Shown here piece after piece: positions 8,958-19,136 of a DNA stretch of 64,000 nt (positions within the stretch are counted from its first letter, which is position 1; every line of letters starts with the position of its first letter). The DNA is taken from IMG/VR virus record IMGVR_UViG_3300018080_000098, positions 124,001 to 188,000 of that record, one strand, 5' to 3'. A model generated the notes under the pieces. That model saw only the letters and a program-made list of their open reading frames with translations. It was not told where the DNA came from and did not search any database. The position numbers and the translations under genes were made by a program.

Positions 8958-11063
8958 CTATCTGCGCCGGTAGCTCTGGTTACGATTGTAGCCACCTCTG
9001 CGCCGTTTATTCACGCGTTTATTCCCTCCCCGCTTCTTGTTCAGTGTGCCTATCAGGTAGCTTCCAGCTGATGTACCTGCCAGGGTTTCATGCTCTATAT
9101 TGTCTCCAAGTTCGTCTAGGAATCGAGAAGGAGTGCAATCAATCACGGAGTTGTATCGAAACTCCTCCCTCGTGTGCGTGATTGTTAAGTAGCGTTCCGC
9201 ACGTGTGAGCGCCACGAAGAATATCCGCCTTTCCTCCTCGATGTCTTTCTGCATCTGCTTAGTAGACTTGAGTTGACCAAAGTCGTCTTCTTGCCTCACG
9301 ATGGGCATTACTCCATCAATAGCACCAATCACGTACAGACGAGGTAACTCCAGCCCCTTCGCCGCGTGGCACGTCATCAGATGCACCCGGTCGTCGTTTT
9401 CGTCTTCATCAGTAGATTGCATCAAAGCGGTCCACTCGATGAAGCGGAGAAGACCGCTTCCATGCGCTTCATCGAATTCCTGCGCCGCTTGGATGAGCTC
9501 ATCAATGTGCTCGAGCTTCCCTAAACTTTTGGCGTCCCCGTCTGTTTCTAGCACCTGCCGATACCGTGTTACCTCCACCACCTTCTCGATCATCGGGGCT
9601 ACCAAATCCCGCGGCATCTGATGTAGCGCTGCCAGAACCTCCCGGATGTTCTCAGCCCCCCGCAAAGAGCGCCCCTTGAGCACCCCTTCGTAGTCACGCT
9701 TCTTGAACACCGTCAGAATATGGCAACCAAGCTCCTCTTTGAGCTTGTAGAGCTTTGCGTAGCTCGTTTCCCCAAAGCCTCTGGGCGGCTTGTTGTAGAT
9801 ACGGATGAAGCTAGCGTCGTCCGCACCATTCAGGACGAGCTTGAGGTACGCTAAGATGTCCTTCACAATCGACCGATTGTAGAATCCAAGACCACCAATG
9901 ATTCGGTGAGGAACGTTGTTCGTGACCATGAGCTCTTCAAAGATACGAGACTTCGTGTGCATCCGGTACAGGATGGCAAAGTCGCCCCAGTTGGCTTTCT
10001 CTTTTCGTACCTCCGTAAGGATTTGGTCCACCACCACAGCTGCTTCCTGTTTAGGGTCGAGGCACTCAAGGCAGCGCACAGGTTCCCCATCTACTCGTGC
10101 TCGGATTTTCTTAGGTTTCCTTCCTTCGTTGTGCTCGATGAGCTCGTTGGCCACTTCAGCAATCTGGTGGGTTGAGCGAAAGTTGTCTTCCAGGAAGTAC
10201 ACCTTCAAATCCGGGAAGTCCTGCTCCATTGCATTCATGTTTTCAGGTCGTGCTCCTCGGAAGGCATAAATAGACTGGTCGTCGTCCCCGATAACATACA
10301 CATTGCCATGGGAACTGGCTAGGTGTTTAACCAATTCGTATTGGCTGAGATTGGTGTCCTGACCTTCGTCTACTAGTAGGAACTGAGTCCGCTCAGCATA
10401 TTTAGTTCTGACATCCTCATCTTCTCGAAGTAGTAGAACTGTTTTCATAATGAGGTCATCAAAGTCTAGCGTACGCGTTTTTTCTAGCGTAGCAGCGTAG
10501 CGTCTGTATACCTTCGCGTAGAAGACGTCTTCTTTGCTAGACCCTTCATCCAGCGCATCATAGACGTCATTAGGGAGATAAAGCTGCTGTTTCTTTTTTG
10601 AGATAAACCGTTTTGCACGGTCGGGTGATTGATAGTTTTTCTGTCCCTTAACCTTTTTCGGATCGGTCCCTGTCTCCAACGCAATAGCTTGCACTACATA
10701 CGCTTTTGAGTCGGAGTCATCACAGATGGTGTAATTTTCAGGCAACCCTGCTGCTTTGTGTTCGTACCGAAGCAGTCTGGCACATAGGGAATGGAAGGTA
10801 GAGACATGCACCATCTGAGCTGCGGATTTAGGTAACATCTGGGCTACACGTTCTCTCATCTCATCCGCTGCTTTGTTAGTAAACGTAATCGCTACGATGT
10901 TTCGTGGGCTCACCTTGTGGTGTTTGATTAGGTGCGCAATGCGATGTGTAGCGCAGCGGGTTTTCCCTGACCCGGGGCCGCTTACCACCAGTGCCGCCCC
11001 CTCAAAGTGTGTCGTCGCTGCTCGTTGCTGTGGTGTAAGATGCTCTAAGTAATCTTGTTCCAT
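8958..11063 (-). CDS. uvrD: UvrD/PcrA SF1 DNA helicase
   Basis: SGPGSGKT, AITFTNKAA, LLVDEGQD, GDDDQSIYAFRGA, NFRST, MTCHAAKGLE, EERRIFFVALTRA. Confidence 0.95.
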   Translation of the reverse strand: MEQDYLEHLTPQQRAATTHFEGAALVVSGPGSGKTRCATHRIAHLIKHHKVSPRNIVAITFTNKAADEMRERVAQMLPKSAAQMVHVSTFHSLCARLLRYEHKAAGLPENYTICDDSDSKAYVVQAIALETGTDPKKVKGQKNYQSPDRAKRFISKKKQQLYLPNDVYDALDEGSSKEDVFYAKVYRRYAATLEKTRTLDFDDLIMKTVLLLREDEDVRTKYAERTQFLLVDEGQDTNLSQYELVKHLASSHGNVYVIGDDDQSIYAFRGARPENMNAMEQDFPDLKVYFLEDNFRSTHQIAEVANELIEHNEGRKPKKIRARVDGEPVRCLECLDPKQEAAVVVDQILTEVRKEKANWGDFAILYRMHTKSRIFEELMVTNNVPHRIIGGLGFYNRSIVKDILAYLKLVLNGADDASFIRIYNKPPRGFGETSYAKLYKLKEELGCHILTVFKKRDYEGVLKGRSLRGAENIREVLAALHQMPRDLVAPMIEKVVEVTRYRQVLETDGDAKSLGKLEHIDELIQAAQEFDEAHGSGLLRFIEWTALMQSTDEDENDDRVHLMTCHAAKGLELPRLYVIGAIDGVMPIVRQEDDFGQLKSTKQMQKDIEEERRIFFVALTRAERYLTITHTREEFRYNSVIDCTPSRFLDELGDNIEHETLAGTSAGSYLIGTLNKKRGGNKRVNKRRRGGYNRNQSYRRR

Positions 11064-11071
11064 CGTAGTAA

Positions 11072-11371
11072 TCAGCGCCGCTCTAGCGCGTCCCCAATAG
11101 TAGCCCGCTCCTGCGGGTCCAGTTCGTTCTGTGAGCTCCGCGCCAAATCCCGCTTGAGCTCAGCTTCTTGTATCCCCTGTTCTATCGCTTTTTCCGACCA
11201 ACCGCAAGGCTTAAATCCATAGAGCTTCTTGTACTGCCTACGCAAACTCTCCAACCGCGTCAGCTCCTTCGGCCCCTGATGCCAATGTGGAACCACTCCA
11301 CTAGAGTCCGTCTTTCCACTGTCCTGCTGTTTCGAGGTGAGTTGCTCCATCGCTGAATCCTGCTTCGTCAT
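11072..11371 (-). CDS. Hypothetical protein
   Basis: ORF track 11072..11410; start moved to the ATG of MTKQDS; start uncertain. Confidence 0.55.
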   Translation of the reverse strand: MTKQDSAMEQLTSKQQDSGKTDSSGVVPHWHQGPKELTRLESLRRQYKKLYGFKPCGWSEKAIEQGIQEAELKRDLARSSQNELDPQERATIGDALERR

Positions 11372-11771
11372 GTTCCTTCGTCTTCCCCTTGTACACGAGG
11401 TGATAATCACACTCGCCTATTCCGGCCTTCCACAGCCGGATGTTGTCGTCCGCAGCTATCGGTACCGGGTCCTTCCGACGTATGTCGTCCGCGTCCGAGT
11501 ACGCAATCGCCAGATACCAGGTATGCAGATGTATAATAGGAGTGCCAACGTACAGCAAGATATAACCTAGTAGACGCTCCCGAGAAAATTTCGCCGCCTT
11601 CCCATACACGCCCACCAGAGATACCCGGTCTCCATGCTGCTTGATCACTTCATGGTGAGGCTGCTCATCATGGGCGATGGACTTCAGTTTTAACACAAAC
11701 CCGTGGTCACCGCAACGGGTAATAAACGCACTCTCGTAAAGGTTCCACTGCTCGACCGCAGTCCGCAACAC
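11301..11771 (-). CDS. Hypothetical protein
   Basis: 3' part of ORF 11301..11888, filling the gap after the clamp gene; start uncertain. Confidence 0.55.
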   Translation of the reverse strand: MLRTAVEQWNLYESAFITRCGDHGFVLKLKSIAHDEQPHHEVIKQHGDRVSLVGVYGKAAKFSRERLLGYILLYVGTPIIHLHTWYLAIAYSDADDIRRKDPVPIAADDNIRLWKAGIGECDYHLVYKGKTKEHDEAGFSDGATHLETAGQWKDGL

Positions 11772-11776
11772 TCCCT

Positions 11777-12979
11777 CTAACTCGCTAGACTCTCCTCTAG
11801 CATGTCCAGGTCGATCTGCGACATGAAGTACTCGATCCTCCCGTTGTCGCTCTCCGCTGCCCTTACGATTACTTTTCTTCCGTTCCATAGCTCTACCGTC
11901 AATGGCGTTACCTCAGGAGCCAGATTCAAAATGCTCTCGAAGTAATGCTGGTTGAGATACATAATCACCGGACCGCCCCCACGAGCCTTCGCCGTCGATG
12001 TAGGAATCTTCGACAACCCCGTCTTCCCATCCTTCTGCGCCGCCAACAGCACCTCGCTCTTCTCCACCTTCACATTCAACGTCAACGGCTCCGTTGCCGT
12101 CGAACTTACCTTCCCCACCGTCGACACCGCTTCCCGAATGTTCTTCCGAAGCGCCGTGAACATGCAGTCCATCTGCCCCTCCACCGTCTCCTTGTACACC
12201 GCGTCCGCATCCATGAATGGAGCCTCGATCGTCGGGTAGAACAAGTCCGCGTCCGCAGACTTGAACCGCACCATCCGAGTCTCCTCTATGTTACGCTCCA
12301 CCCCAATCTCCACCATAGACCCCTCGATGCTCCCCAGTATCGTGCTCAACGATACCGCCTTCAGTATGAACCGAGCGTTCGTACGTACCTTGATGTCTGT
12401 CGACCGCAGAAGACAGCGCCCGTAACTGTAGAAGTCGAGCCCCACCATCTCCAGCAACGCGCGCCCATCACCACCAGCCGGGCCAAGCTTGAACTGCATC
12501 CGCATCTCTTCTTGCTTCAGCCCCGGCTTGATCGCCACAAACCCAGCCGTCCGTGCCAACGCGTCCGACGGTATCCGCGCCACAATTGGCATCTCGTAGT
12601 CCGTAGGCTTCGTGTTCTCTATCACGTCCGCCGCTTCCTGGTCCGCGGGCAAGTCATACTTCGTCTTCTTCGTCGAAAAGTGCACCAATCGAACGTTGTA
12701 GTCGTACTCGATGGTCACCGTCCCCGACAACCGGTACTTCGCTACCTCCACCAGATCTACCCCGATGCTCCCCTCCCGCAACGTCTTCGCCTTCACAGCT
12801 TTCTGTACGTACGCTCCGTTGTTAGCTACATCGATCAGCAGTAGCCCCTCTACCACCTTCAAACGCCCCTTGAACCCACCGTCCCCCGTCTTCTTCGTGC
12901 TTTCAGTGCTCAGCTTCTGAAGCGTCTGTAACGCCTTCACCGTCTTCTTCAGGTCCTTCGCCGCTATTTGCACTTTCAT
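11777..12979 (-). CDS. dnaN: DNA polymerase III beta-like sliding clamp
   Basis: 400 aa, N-terminal MKVQIAAKDLKKTVKAL, repeated alpha/beta segments, C-terminal LNQHYFESIL...LTVELW...IEYFMSQI; a DnaX-like loader is also present. Confidence 0.6.
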   Translation of the reverse strand: MKVQIAAKDLKKTVKALQTLQKLSTESTKKTGDGGFKGRLKVVEGLLLIDVANNGAYVQKAVKAKTLREGSIGVDLVEVAKYRLSGTVTIEYDYNVRLVHFSTKKTKYDLPADQEAADVIENTKPTDYEMPIVARIPSDALARTAGFVAIKPGLKQEEMRMQFKLGPAGGDGRALLEMVGLDFYSYGRCLLRSTDIKVRTNARFILKAVSLSTILGSIEGSMVEIGVERNIEETRMVRFKSADADLFYPTIEAPFMDADAVYKETVEGQMDCMFTALRKNIREAVSTVGKVSSTATEPLTLNVKVEKSEVLLAAQKDGKTGLSKIPTSTAKARGGGPVIMYLNQHYFESILNLAPEVTPLTVELWNGRKVIVRAAESDNGRIEYFMSQIDLDMLEESLAS

Positions 12980-13866
12980 CAGGATGGCTCCTTTCGTGTG
13001 AGCCGGTCTATCGTTGGCACGTCTACCCGGTACAACTGCTGCTCAGCCAGGAACTTCATCAGCCCAGTCGGGTTCCCATCCTGGCGCTTCGAGAGCAAAC
13101 GTAACCCATCGCGCAGCTTCACCAATCGGTAGTTGAGCTCAATCTGCTCCCTGTATTTTACAACACGTTCCAGCTGTTTCCCCGTCAACACCCCCTTGGC
13201 CTTCGCTACCCTGTATGCCGCTCCAGGGGATGTCCCACACCCAGCGAGCTCCGTCAGAAGCACTGTCTTCATCCTCGGCACCCCTCGAGGAATGTTGTCC
13301 GAGTCCCCCAGAAACGCCTTCATGCACGCCACGTTCTCCGGAGGAACGCCCAGTGTTTCCTTGCACTTGTGTGCATCTATTAGACCTCCTTTACGCACTA
13401 CGGCGCACACCCGCTCCCCGCGGATTAGTTGCCAGAGATCTCTGTCTTCACTGATCATGAACGCCCGCTCACCCTTTTCCAACTTCTGAACGAAACAAGC
13501 TATCGCATCATCCGCTTCACCATGAGGAGCTTTTATTAGCTTTCCACGCATAAAATCTAGCAACTTCAGTGTTTTAGCCATAAACCCCTCGAACTCCAGA
13601 TCCCTTTTTCTGTCCCCCTTATACCCCGGAAACATACGAGCCCGGATCTCCCTGCCATCCCCCTCCAAAGCAACAACTAATTCAGCTCCAGGATACTCGC
13701 GCCGCAATTTTGCCAACATAAATATAAGCAATTCCAACGCCTTGGGCCGGTCCGTTGAATGATAAGCGCGCCTAACAAAGTTCGCCCAGTCCACAATTAC
13801 ATATTGTTTTTGCTGTGGAAATATAGGCGACATGCCTGATTTCATTGGGTTTTTAATACTTATCAT
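12979..13866 (-). CDS. 5'-3' exonuclease / flap endonuclease (PolA N-terminal / T4 RNase H family)
   Basis: IVDWANF, MFPGYKGDRK, EADDAIA, ISEDRDLWQL, FLGDSDNIP. Confidence 0.9.
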   Translation of the reverse strand: MISIKNPMKSGMSPIFPQQKQYVIVDWANFVRRAYHSTDRPKALELLIFMLAKLRREYPGAELVVALEGDGREIRARMFPGYKGDRKRDLEFEGFMAKTLKLLDFMRGKLIKAPHGEADDAIACFVQKLEKGERAFMISEDRDLWQLIRGERVCAVVRKGGLIDAHKCKETLGVPPENVACMKAFLGDSDNIPRGVPRMKTVLLTELAGCGTSPGAAYRVAKAKGVLTGKQLERVVKYREQIELNYRLVKLRDGLRLLSKRQDGNPTGLMKFLAEQQLYRVDVPTIDRLTRKEPS

Positions 13867-13888
13867 CCTTTTTCTGCTAATTTTTTAC

Positions 13889-13917
13889 TTGACAGCGTCA
13901 AGGCCCATTGCCACAAT
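13889..13917 (+). promoter_or_regulatory. sigma70-type promoter
   Basis: TTTTTTAC-TTGACA-17 nt-CACAAT, upstream of the 58-aa ORF. Confidence 0.7.
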
Positions 13918-13958
13918 TAGGGTATAGTGTACTTTTAACACTGGAAAGGAGTTGACCC

Positions 13959-14135
13959 ATGCAAAACCGAAATCGTCATCTCCGAGTGAGCCAAACGCAG
14001 CTTCAGACCCTCAACCGTTACCCGCGCCACCCCGGCGTTTGGCGCCAGCTCGGCGTGCGCCTGGGTAGAGGTACTCGTGTCGTTGTCGGCAACCACGGTG
14101 TACGCCTCGTGCGTCCGGGAGGTACCCGTCGCTAG
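13959..14135 (+). CDS. 58-aa Arg-rich small protein (below the ORF-track cut-off)
   Basis: AAGGAG SD, ATG 13959, MQNRNRHLRVSQTQLQTLNRYPRHPGVWRQLGVRLGRGTRVVVGNHGVRLVRPGGTRR*, own promoter; stop overlaps the dnaB stop. Confidence 0.65.
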   Translation: MQNRNRHLRVSQTQLQTLNRYPRHPGVWRQLGVRLGRGTRVVVGNHGVRLVRPGGTRR

Positions 14136-15517
14136 TACGTGGAGTTTGTCCAACCTTCACTATTCGCGCTCATCGCTCCCGTTTCCCTTTTCTTGCCTTG
14201 CTGCACTCCTTGACCTCCCTGAGCTGAAGAAACCTCAATCCGCATGATGTCCAACTTGAATTTGGCGCTAAACCGTCTAGGGCGCCCATGCCGTGCCTTG
14301 GCCAAGCGGATCTCCACGTTCCCACTTTCCTCCTCCTCAGGACCGTAGGGCCACCATATCCAGTAATCTGTGTTCTCCTGGATAGCCCGACCGTACTTCA
14401 CCTTCTCGTCTTCCGAAAGCTGTGACAGCAGGATGACCACGCAGTTGAGCCTCTTCGCCAACATCGCCAAGTAGCGAGAATACTCCATCTGCATCTGCCA
14501 TGTGCTCTGGTTATTGCGCGTGTGCATCAACGTGATGTAGTCGACGATGATGCTGTCGTACATCAGAGGCGCCGTCGTAGCCTCCACCTTCTGAGGCGTG
14601 AATATCGGGTCCTTCACAGGCCAGATTGTGTAGCAGCATTCATTGTTACTGCCATGCTTCTGCCACTTTTGGAACGCACGCTCAGTTTCCTTCCGCTCCT
14701 CAGCGTTCAAGTACTTGGTCACACGAACCTTGTCGTGAGGTACCCGGCTGATGTTTGACATCACACGCCGTAGGAACTCCCTCTTCGTCATCTCGATAGA
14801 AACGTAGCAAACGTTGTGGTTCGCTTTGAGGTACTGGTTGATGCTCATCTGCATCGCCAGCGTGCTTTTACCCCCTGCTGGCGGAGCGGATATAGTTACT
14901 AGATTACCCCGCTCGAATCCATGTATGTGATCGTCCAGACCCTTTAATCCCGTAGAAACGAATTGCGCCGGGCTGTACGTCATAAGGTCATCGTACTCCC
15001 GCTTCGCCTCCATCCCCGATGACCTGCTGCCGAAGTGTACCAGCGTTTGCTTCTCGTATCCTCCGTGTAGCTCTCCCAGCCCCTTCTCCCACGCCGCACG
15101 AATCTGCTCGATCTCCTCCTCGCTCACATTCCCCTCAGCAAGAGTGTTGACCTCCTGCTGAATGCTGTAGATGGCGCGCACCTGCTCGTAGGTCTTCAGC
15201 TTCTGAATCAGGTCCGCTACACGCTTCTTGTCAAATTTCCCAGCCGCCCGTCGACGCTCGGGCGTAGCTTGCAGGAACGCTACCGCCCCCTTCGAACTCG
15301 AGATAGCAGCGTCCGAAGCAAAGTCTCTTGCAGTGCCAAAACTCTTTCCAGCCCTGAGCAGCACGTTCATGCGCCTGCGTATCAACTGCCCGTATTCCGA
15401 ACCGTATGTGTCCTCGTCCGTCTCCGCTAGTACCATCGCACGGATCGTTTCGCTCCTCGTCTCCAGTGCACAGATGAGTATCTTCTGCTCGAGCTCCGTG
15501 TTGTACAGATGCGCCAT
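14132..15517 (-). CDS. dnaB: Replicative DnaB-like helicase
   Basis: TGLKGLDDHIHGFERGNLVTISAPPAGGKST, ISIEM-like VSIEM, IIVDYITLM, LSQLS, AKARHG. Confidence 0.9.
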   Translation of the reverse strand: MAHLYNTELEQKILICALETRSETIRAMVLAETDEDTYGSEYGQLIRRRMNVLLRAGKSFGTARDFASDAAISSSKGAVAFLQATPERRRAAGKFDKKRVADLIQKLKTYEQVRAIYSIQQEVNTLAEGNVSEEEIEQIRAAWEKGLGELHGGYEKQTLVHFGSRSSGMEAKREYDDLMTYSPAQFVSTGLKGLDDHIHGFERGNLVTISAPPAGGKSTLAMQMSINQYLKANHNVCYVSIEMTKREFLRRVMSNISRVPHDKVRVTKYLNAEERKETERAFQKWQKHGSNNECCYTIWPVKDPIFTPQKVEATTAPLMYDSIIVDYITLMHTRNNQSTWQMQMEYSRYLAMLAKRLNCVVILLSQLSEDEKVKYGRAIQENTDYWIWWPYGPEEEESGNVEIRLAKARHGRPRRFSAKFKLDIMRIEVSSAQGGQGVQQGKKRETGAMSANSEGWTNSTY

Positions 15518-16090
15518 CTACTCAGCCCTCAGTTGTTCAGGAGTCAAATCTTTCACACGAAGCACCACATCCGGGTACAGCCCCGCCTTCGACACCGCCC
15601 ACCGTTCCGGTTCTTTCGTCCCACTAATCACCACCAGCCTCACTGTGTAGTGAAACCTCGCGATGATATCCCGCACACTCTGCACCCGTTCAGGAGTTGC
15701 CTTCTCCAAGATGTTGTGAAGAATCATGCACCCTGGATACGTCTCCAACCTCGGCACATCCTGAGCCGTGTCTACCGTAGCTACGTCACGCCCCGTCAAC
15801 TTGTTGTACTCCACCAGCATGTAGAGAGCCAGGTGCAGCCCACCTGTATCCGTCGGCTCAGACCCAATCACTACCAAAGGAGCTTTCCGTGGAATGCTTT
15901 TCGCAAGCTTCTTCACCCATTGCTTCTGCGCTACAGCAGATAAGGAGACTCCTCGGAATTTCGTTGCCCGAAAGTGGATGAGCTCTGTTCGAGGATTCCA
16001 GAGGTAGGCTGGAATGCGCATTCGGCACAGCAGACGTTCCTGATCTGTTTTGACTATCGCCGCGTCCGGGCTACTTTTTCCGCTTCGCAT
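15518..16090 (-). CDS. Hypothetical protein, possible degenerate helicase-loader/P-loop fold
   Basis: Immediately upstream of dnaB; alpha/beta pattern without an intact Walker A motif. Confidence 0.55.
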   Translation of the reverse strand: MRSGKSSPDAAIVKTDQERLLCRMRIPAYLWNPRTELIHFRATKFRGVSLSAVAQKQWVKKLAKSIPRKAPLVVIGSEPTDTGGLHLALYMLVEYNKLTGRDVATVDTAQDVPRLETYPGCMILHNILEKATPERVQSVRDIIARFHYTVRLVVISGTKEPERWAVSKAGLYPDVVLRVKDLTPEQLRAE

Positions 16091-17606
16091 AGTTCTTCCA
16101 GACTCCCACTCTGCCTGCTTGTTCAGTTCCCACTGGTACTACTTTTACATCCCAGCCATGTGATCTACACAGCCTCATCCGGTTGTTGTACGCACCGGAT
16201 AGCTGCCCACCACCTTCATCCACGTAATCCCGAATGATGGGCTTCTTCTTTCCCGCCAACCAACGACGCGCCCTCCCGTACGCCTGCTTCGTCTCCCCTT
16301 TGGAGCTGGCTGGAGTTACATAGTGCAAACAGTCCACACGTGGCAGGTTGACGAGCTTGTTCAGGACCTTCCCAGCGAACAGTATCTGCACCTTCCCTTC
16401 GCGCACCTCTTTATAGATGAGCTTGCGAACAGGCTTTTTCACTTTCCCGTCTACGTACCGGACGTCATAACCGTCCTGAGACAGTAGAAGGTGAAGCTTC
16501 TTTGCGACTGCTGTACGTTGGGGCGCAACGCAAGCGATTACCCGCCCCGCGTCCGCGTCCTTCCGAAGGTACTCTTGGATGATTCGGTAGCGGTCATCAT
16601 CTTGGATGAGGTGGTCCATGATGACTTTCCACTGATAGTGTCGCGGGAAGTTTTTCTTGTACTGCCAGGTGGGGCACTGCGATCCGGTTTCGATGAAGTG
16701 AACGGTGGGAGGCATCTGTTTCGCCTTCCCTTTTGCTACCACCGGGCCTACCATGTCGAAGATGAGATGGTGGCGGTTGTCCTTCCTATCCACAGTGGCA
16801 GTAAGCCCCAGTGTCGCGAGAGGGTTCAGAGCTTGCACTACTTTTGAGAATTGTTCAGCCCCGAAGTCCTGTACCTCGTCTATCACGAGGAGACCGAAGT
16901 CGTTGCGATGTTGGCGAAGCCATTTCTTCCCTCGTGTTTTGATGAAGGATTGGACCGTCCCAACGGTGATCGGGAAGAAGTTTTTCTTTCTGTTGGCTTT
17001 GAATGGGCCGACGAGCTTTCTTCCTGTAATTTCCTCAAGTTCCCGTATGTTCGTGTGCTCTTCGAGCTCCTCTATCCACTGATCTGTTCCGTCTGTCAAG
17101 GAGCTGAGAATCAACGTCGTCATCCCCAGCATGGCGATAACACCGACTCCCATCACCGTCTTACCGCTACCGGTGTCCCCTTCGATGATGCCGTAGCCCC
17201 GTTTCAGGTACTCGTGGATGCAGCGTTCTTGGTCTGCCCAGCGGTGGTCTTCGAGGGTGCTCTCGCTCATTTCGAGTTGCACCTCGAGGGGAACAACTGG
17301 GCGCAGGTCCTGGTAGCCCTGCCGGAGAAACGGTTCCAGCTTCTCCAGGTTGCCTCGGGGGAAGGAGATGTAGCTCGTTCCGTCTTTGCCAAACAACTCC
17401 CGGTACGTAAGGAACGACTCCTCTACATCCTGCTTCTGCCTTATGGGCTCGTCGTACTCGTCGTGTAGTACTTCCCCAAACTCATTTTCTTTCAGGCTGT
17501 ACTTGCGCTCCTTCCACTTGTAGTGAAACGCCCGCAGGTCACGGTTGGTAACCAGGTCAGCAGGCACAATAAGTCGGTTGGATAAGGTAATGTTGCTACG
17601 AGCCAT
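16071..17606 (-). CDS. Superfamily II DNA helicase (UvsW/ResIII-like)
   Basis: EGDTGSGKT, LLVIDEVQD, LGLTAT, QAYGRARR. Confidence 0.9.
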   Translation of the reverse strand: MARSNITLSNRLIVPADLVTNRDLRAFHYKWKERKYSLKENEFGEVLHDEYDEPIRQKQDVEESFLTYRELFGKDGTSYISFPRGNLEKLEPFLRQGYQDLRPVVPLEVQLEMSESTLEDHRWADQERCIHEYLKRGYGIIEGDTGSGKTVMGVGVIAMLGMTTLILSSLTDGTDQWIEELEEHTNIRELEEITGRKLVGPFKANRKKNFFPITVGTVQSFIKTRGKKWLRQHRNDFGLLVIDEVQDFGAEQFSKVVQALNPLATLGLTATVDRKDNRHHLIFDMVGPVVAKGKAKQMPPTVHFIETGSQCPTWQYKKNFPRHYQWKVIMDHLIQDDDRYRIIQEYLRKDADAGRVIACVAPQRTAVAKKLHLLLSQDGYDVRYVDGKVKKPVRKLIYKEVREGKVQILFAGKVLNKLVNLPRVDCLHYVTPASSKGETKQAYGRARRWLAGKKKPIIRDYVDEGGGQLSGAYNNRMRLCRSHGWDVKVVPVGTEQAGRVGVWKNYAKRKK

Positions 17607-17612
17607 GGGAAG

Positions 17613-18194
17613 CTACTTGCGGATGCCTTCGATCACTGCGTACCGGTCCAGTATATACGGTAGAACGCTGGGGTCAACAGGTTGCCCATCCGGATCGTGC
17701 ACCACCTCGTAGTCCTGCTTCCTACGCGACCACAACATCAACTTCCGGATTGCAAACTGGTCCTGCATAGGAGCGAGGTCACAGTTCACTCGAACAACAC
17801 ACAGCTTCTGTACGGTCACCACTACTGCATCCCAGTTGAGGATGTTGTCGTGGCGAGTGATACCCGATCGACTGTAGATGACGTGTAAGTGGTTCTTCGC
17901 GTACTCTGGCATCGCTCGGTAGACGTCATCGGGCTTGGCTTCAGTTTCGAAGATGGGGGCTATCAGGAGGGCGATCGGGATGATGTAGCGCCGTTCATAC
18001 CCAACTAGCAGGTCCGTCTGCTTCGTGGGCATTCCTACTTCGTAGATTTTTGCAGATGGAGGCAGCTCGAGGATAGGGTGCCCCTTTGGTGGTTTGAGCT
18101 CCCCACCTCCCAGTACGTTCACCTCACGTCCGATGCCCTTCTCCGACATGGTGTTCAGTATTTTCTGTGCGTCGTCGTTCTGCGTCATAGTCAA
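17613..18194 (-). CDS. Hypothetical protein
   Basis: 193-aa ORF in the operon. Confidence 0.7.
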   Translation of the reverse strand: MTMTQNDDAQKILNTMSEKGIGREVNVLGGGELKPPKGHPILELPPSAKIYEVGMPTKQTDLLVGYERRYIIPIALLIAPIFETEAKPDDVYRAMPEYAKNHLHVIYSRSGITRHDNILNWDAVVVTVQKLCVVRVNCDLAPMQDQFAIRKLMLWSRRKQDYEVVHDPDGQPVDPSVLPYILDRYAVIEGIRK

Positions 18195-18202
18195 TCCCCA
18201 TT

Positions 18203-18598
18203 CTACTTCTGCACCGGGCGGATTCTGATCTCTTTCGCCTTGTTTACCACGTTCCCGTCTTCATCCTTCACGTCCATGTCTTCGTATCCGAAGGATGCGT
18301 ACAGGTCTGTCTCCGCAGCTCCCACTATCGAGATGTCGCCGTAGAACGCAGGTGCGGACTTGTCAGCTTCAAACTCTTTCGTTACCACCTCGTCCCCCTC
18401 TACCCCAACCGCTTTGATACGCCAGCCACCGAAACCAGACTCGTCGATGTCCCACGCTACCACCAACAGCTGCCCCGGGTACCCCACTAGAACAAACGCT
18501 TGTCGCTTATCGGGGTCAAACTCGACAGGGGTAGCCTCTTCACCACCGAAGTTGATAACGATGGGTGCAGGTTGCTGCTTACTCTTCTTTTTCGGCAT
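18203..18598 (-). CDS. Hypothetical protein
   Basis: Start set at the ATG of MPKKKSKQQ. Confidence 0.65.
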   Translation of the reverse strand: MPKKKSKQQPAPIVINFGGEEATPVEFDPDKRQAFVLVGYPGQLLVVAWDIDESGFGGWRIKAVGVEGDEVVTKEFEADKSAPAFYGDISIVGAAETDLYASFGYEDMDVKDEDGNVVNKAKEIRIRPVQK

Positions 18599-19136
18599 CG
18601 TTTTTCTCGTCGGTGTCCTCGTCTTGCTCAGCAGCCAGCATTTCCGCAGCACGCTTCTTGGATTCCCGTAGTTTGGCAGCGCGCTTCTTCAACTCCTCTG
18701 CGAATGTGTCATCTACCAGCTTGTCCCAGGCTTCACGGTCTATCCATGCTAGCCTGCGGCTATCGTGCATCAACCCATCGTGCTTGAAGATGTGCGCGCT
18801 GTAGCTGTCCCCTGATTGAGACGCACGGAGTACCAGAATAGGAGTTACTCGAGTTGGCGTCAGCGGACCTTGAGGAGCATCCGCTACGCCGGTTTCCAGG
18901 TAGTACCCCTGGAACTTTGTGAGGTCCACACCGAATCGTTCGTAGAACATGCCTACCGTAGCAGCTTCATTGGCGAAGAACTTCTGCACTGCGTCCGCCA
19001 TCTCCTTCTTGTTGCCCAGACGACTGAACTCGACCCAGTTGGGAAGCATAGCCTCGACAGCATCGAACTCCTCTGGTGCAGGCGCGTTTTCAATATCAGC
19101 TAGGGTGGGCCCGCTCCCGTTGCTCTCATTACTCAT
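18579..19136 (-). CDS. Hypothetical protein
   Basis: Start set at the ATG of MSNESNG; acidic C-terminus. Confidence 0.65.
   Translation of the reverse strand: MSNESNGSGPTLADIENAPAPEEFDAVEAMLPNWVEFSRLGNKKEMADAVQKFFANEAATVGMFYERFGVDLTKFQGYYLETGVADAPQGPLTPTRVTPILVLRASQSGDSYSAHIFKHDGLMHDSRRLAWIDREAWDKLVDDTFAEELKKRAAKLRESKKRAAEMLAAEQDEDTDEKNDAEKEE

Noticed and set aside
13935-14153. 72-aa minus-strand ORF in the track
   Set aside because: It has no SD and overlaps dnaB; the plus-strand 58-aa ORF has a promoter and SD and explains the interval better.
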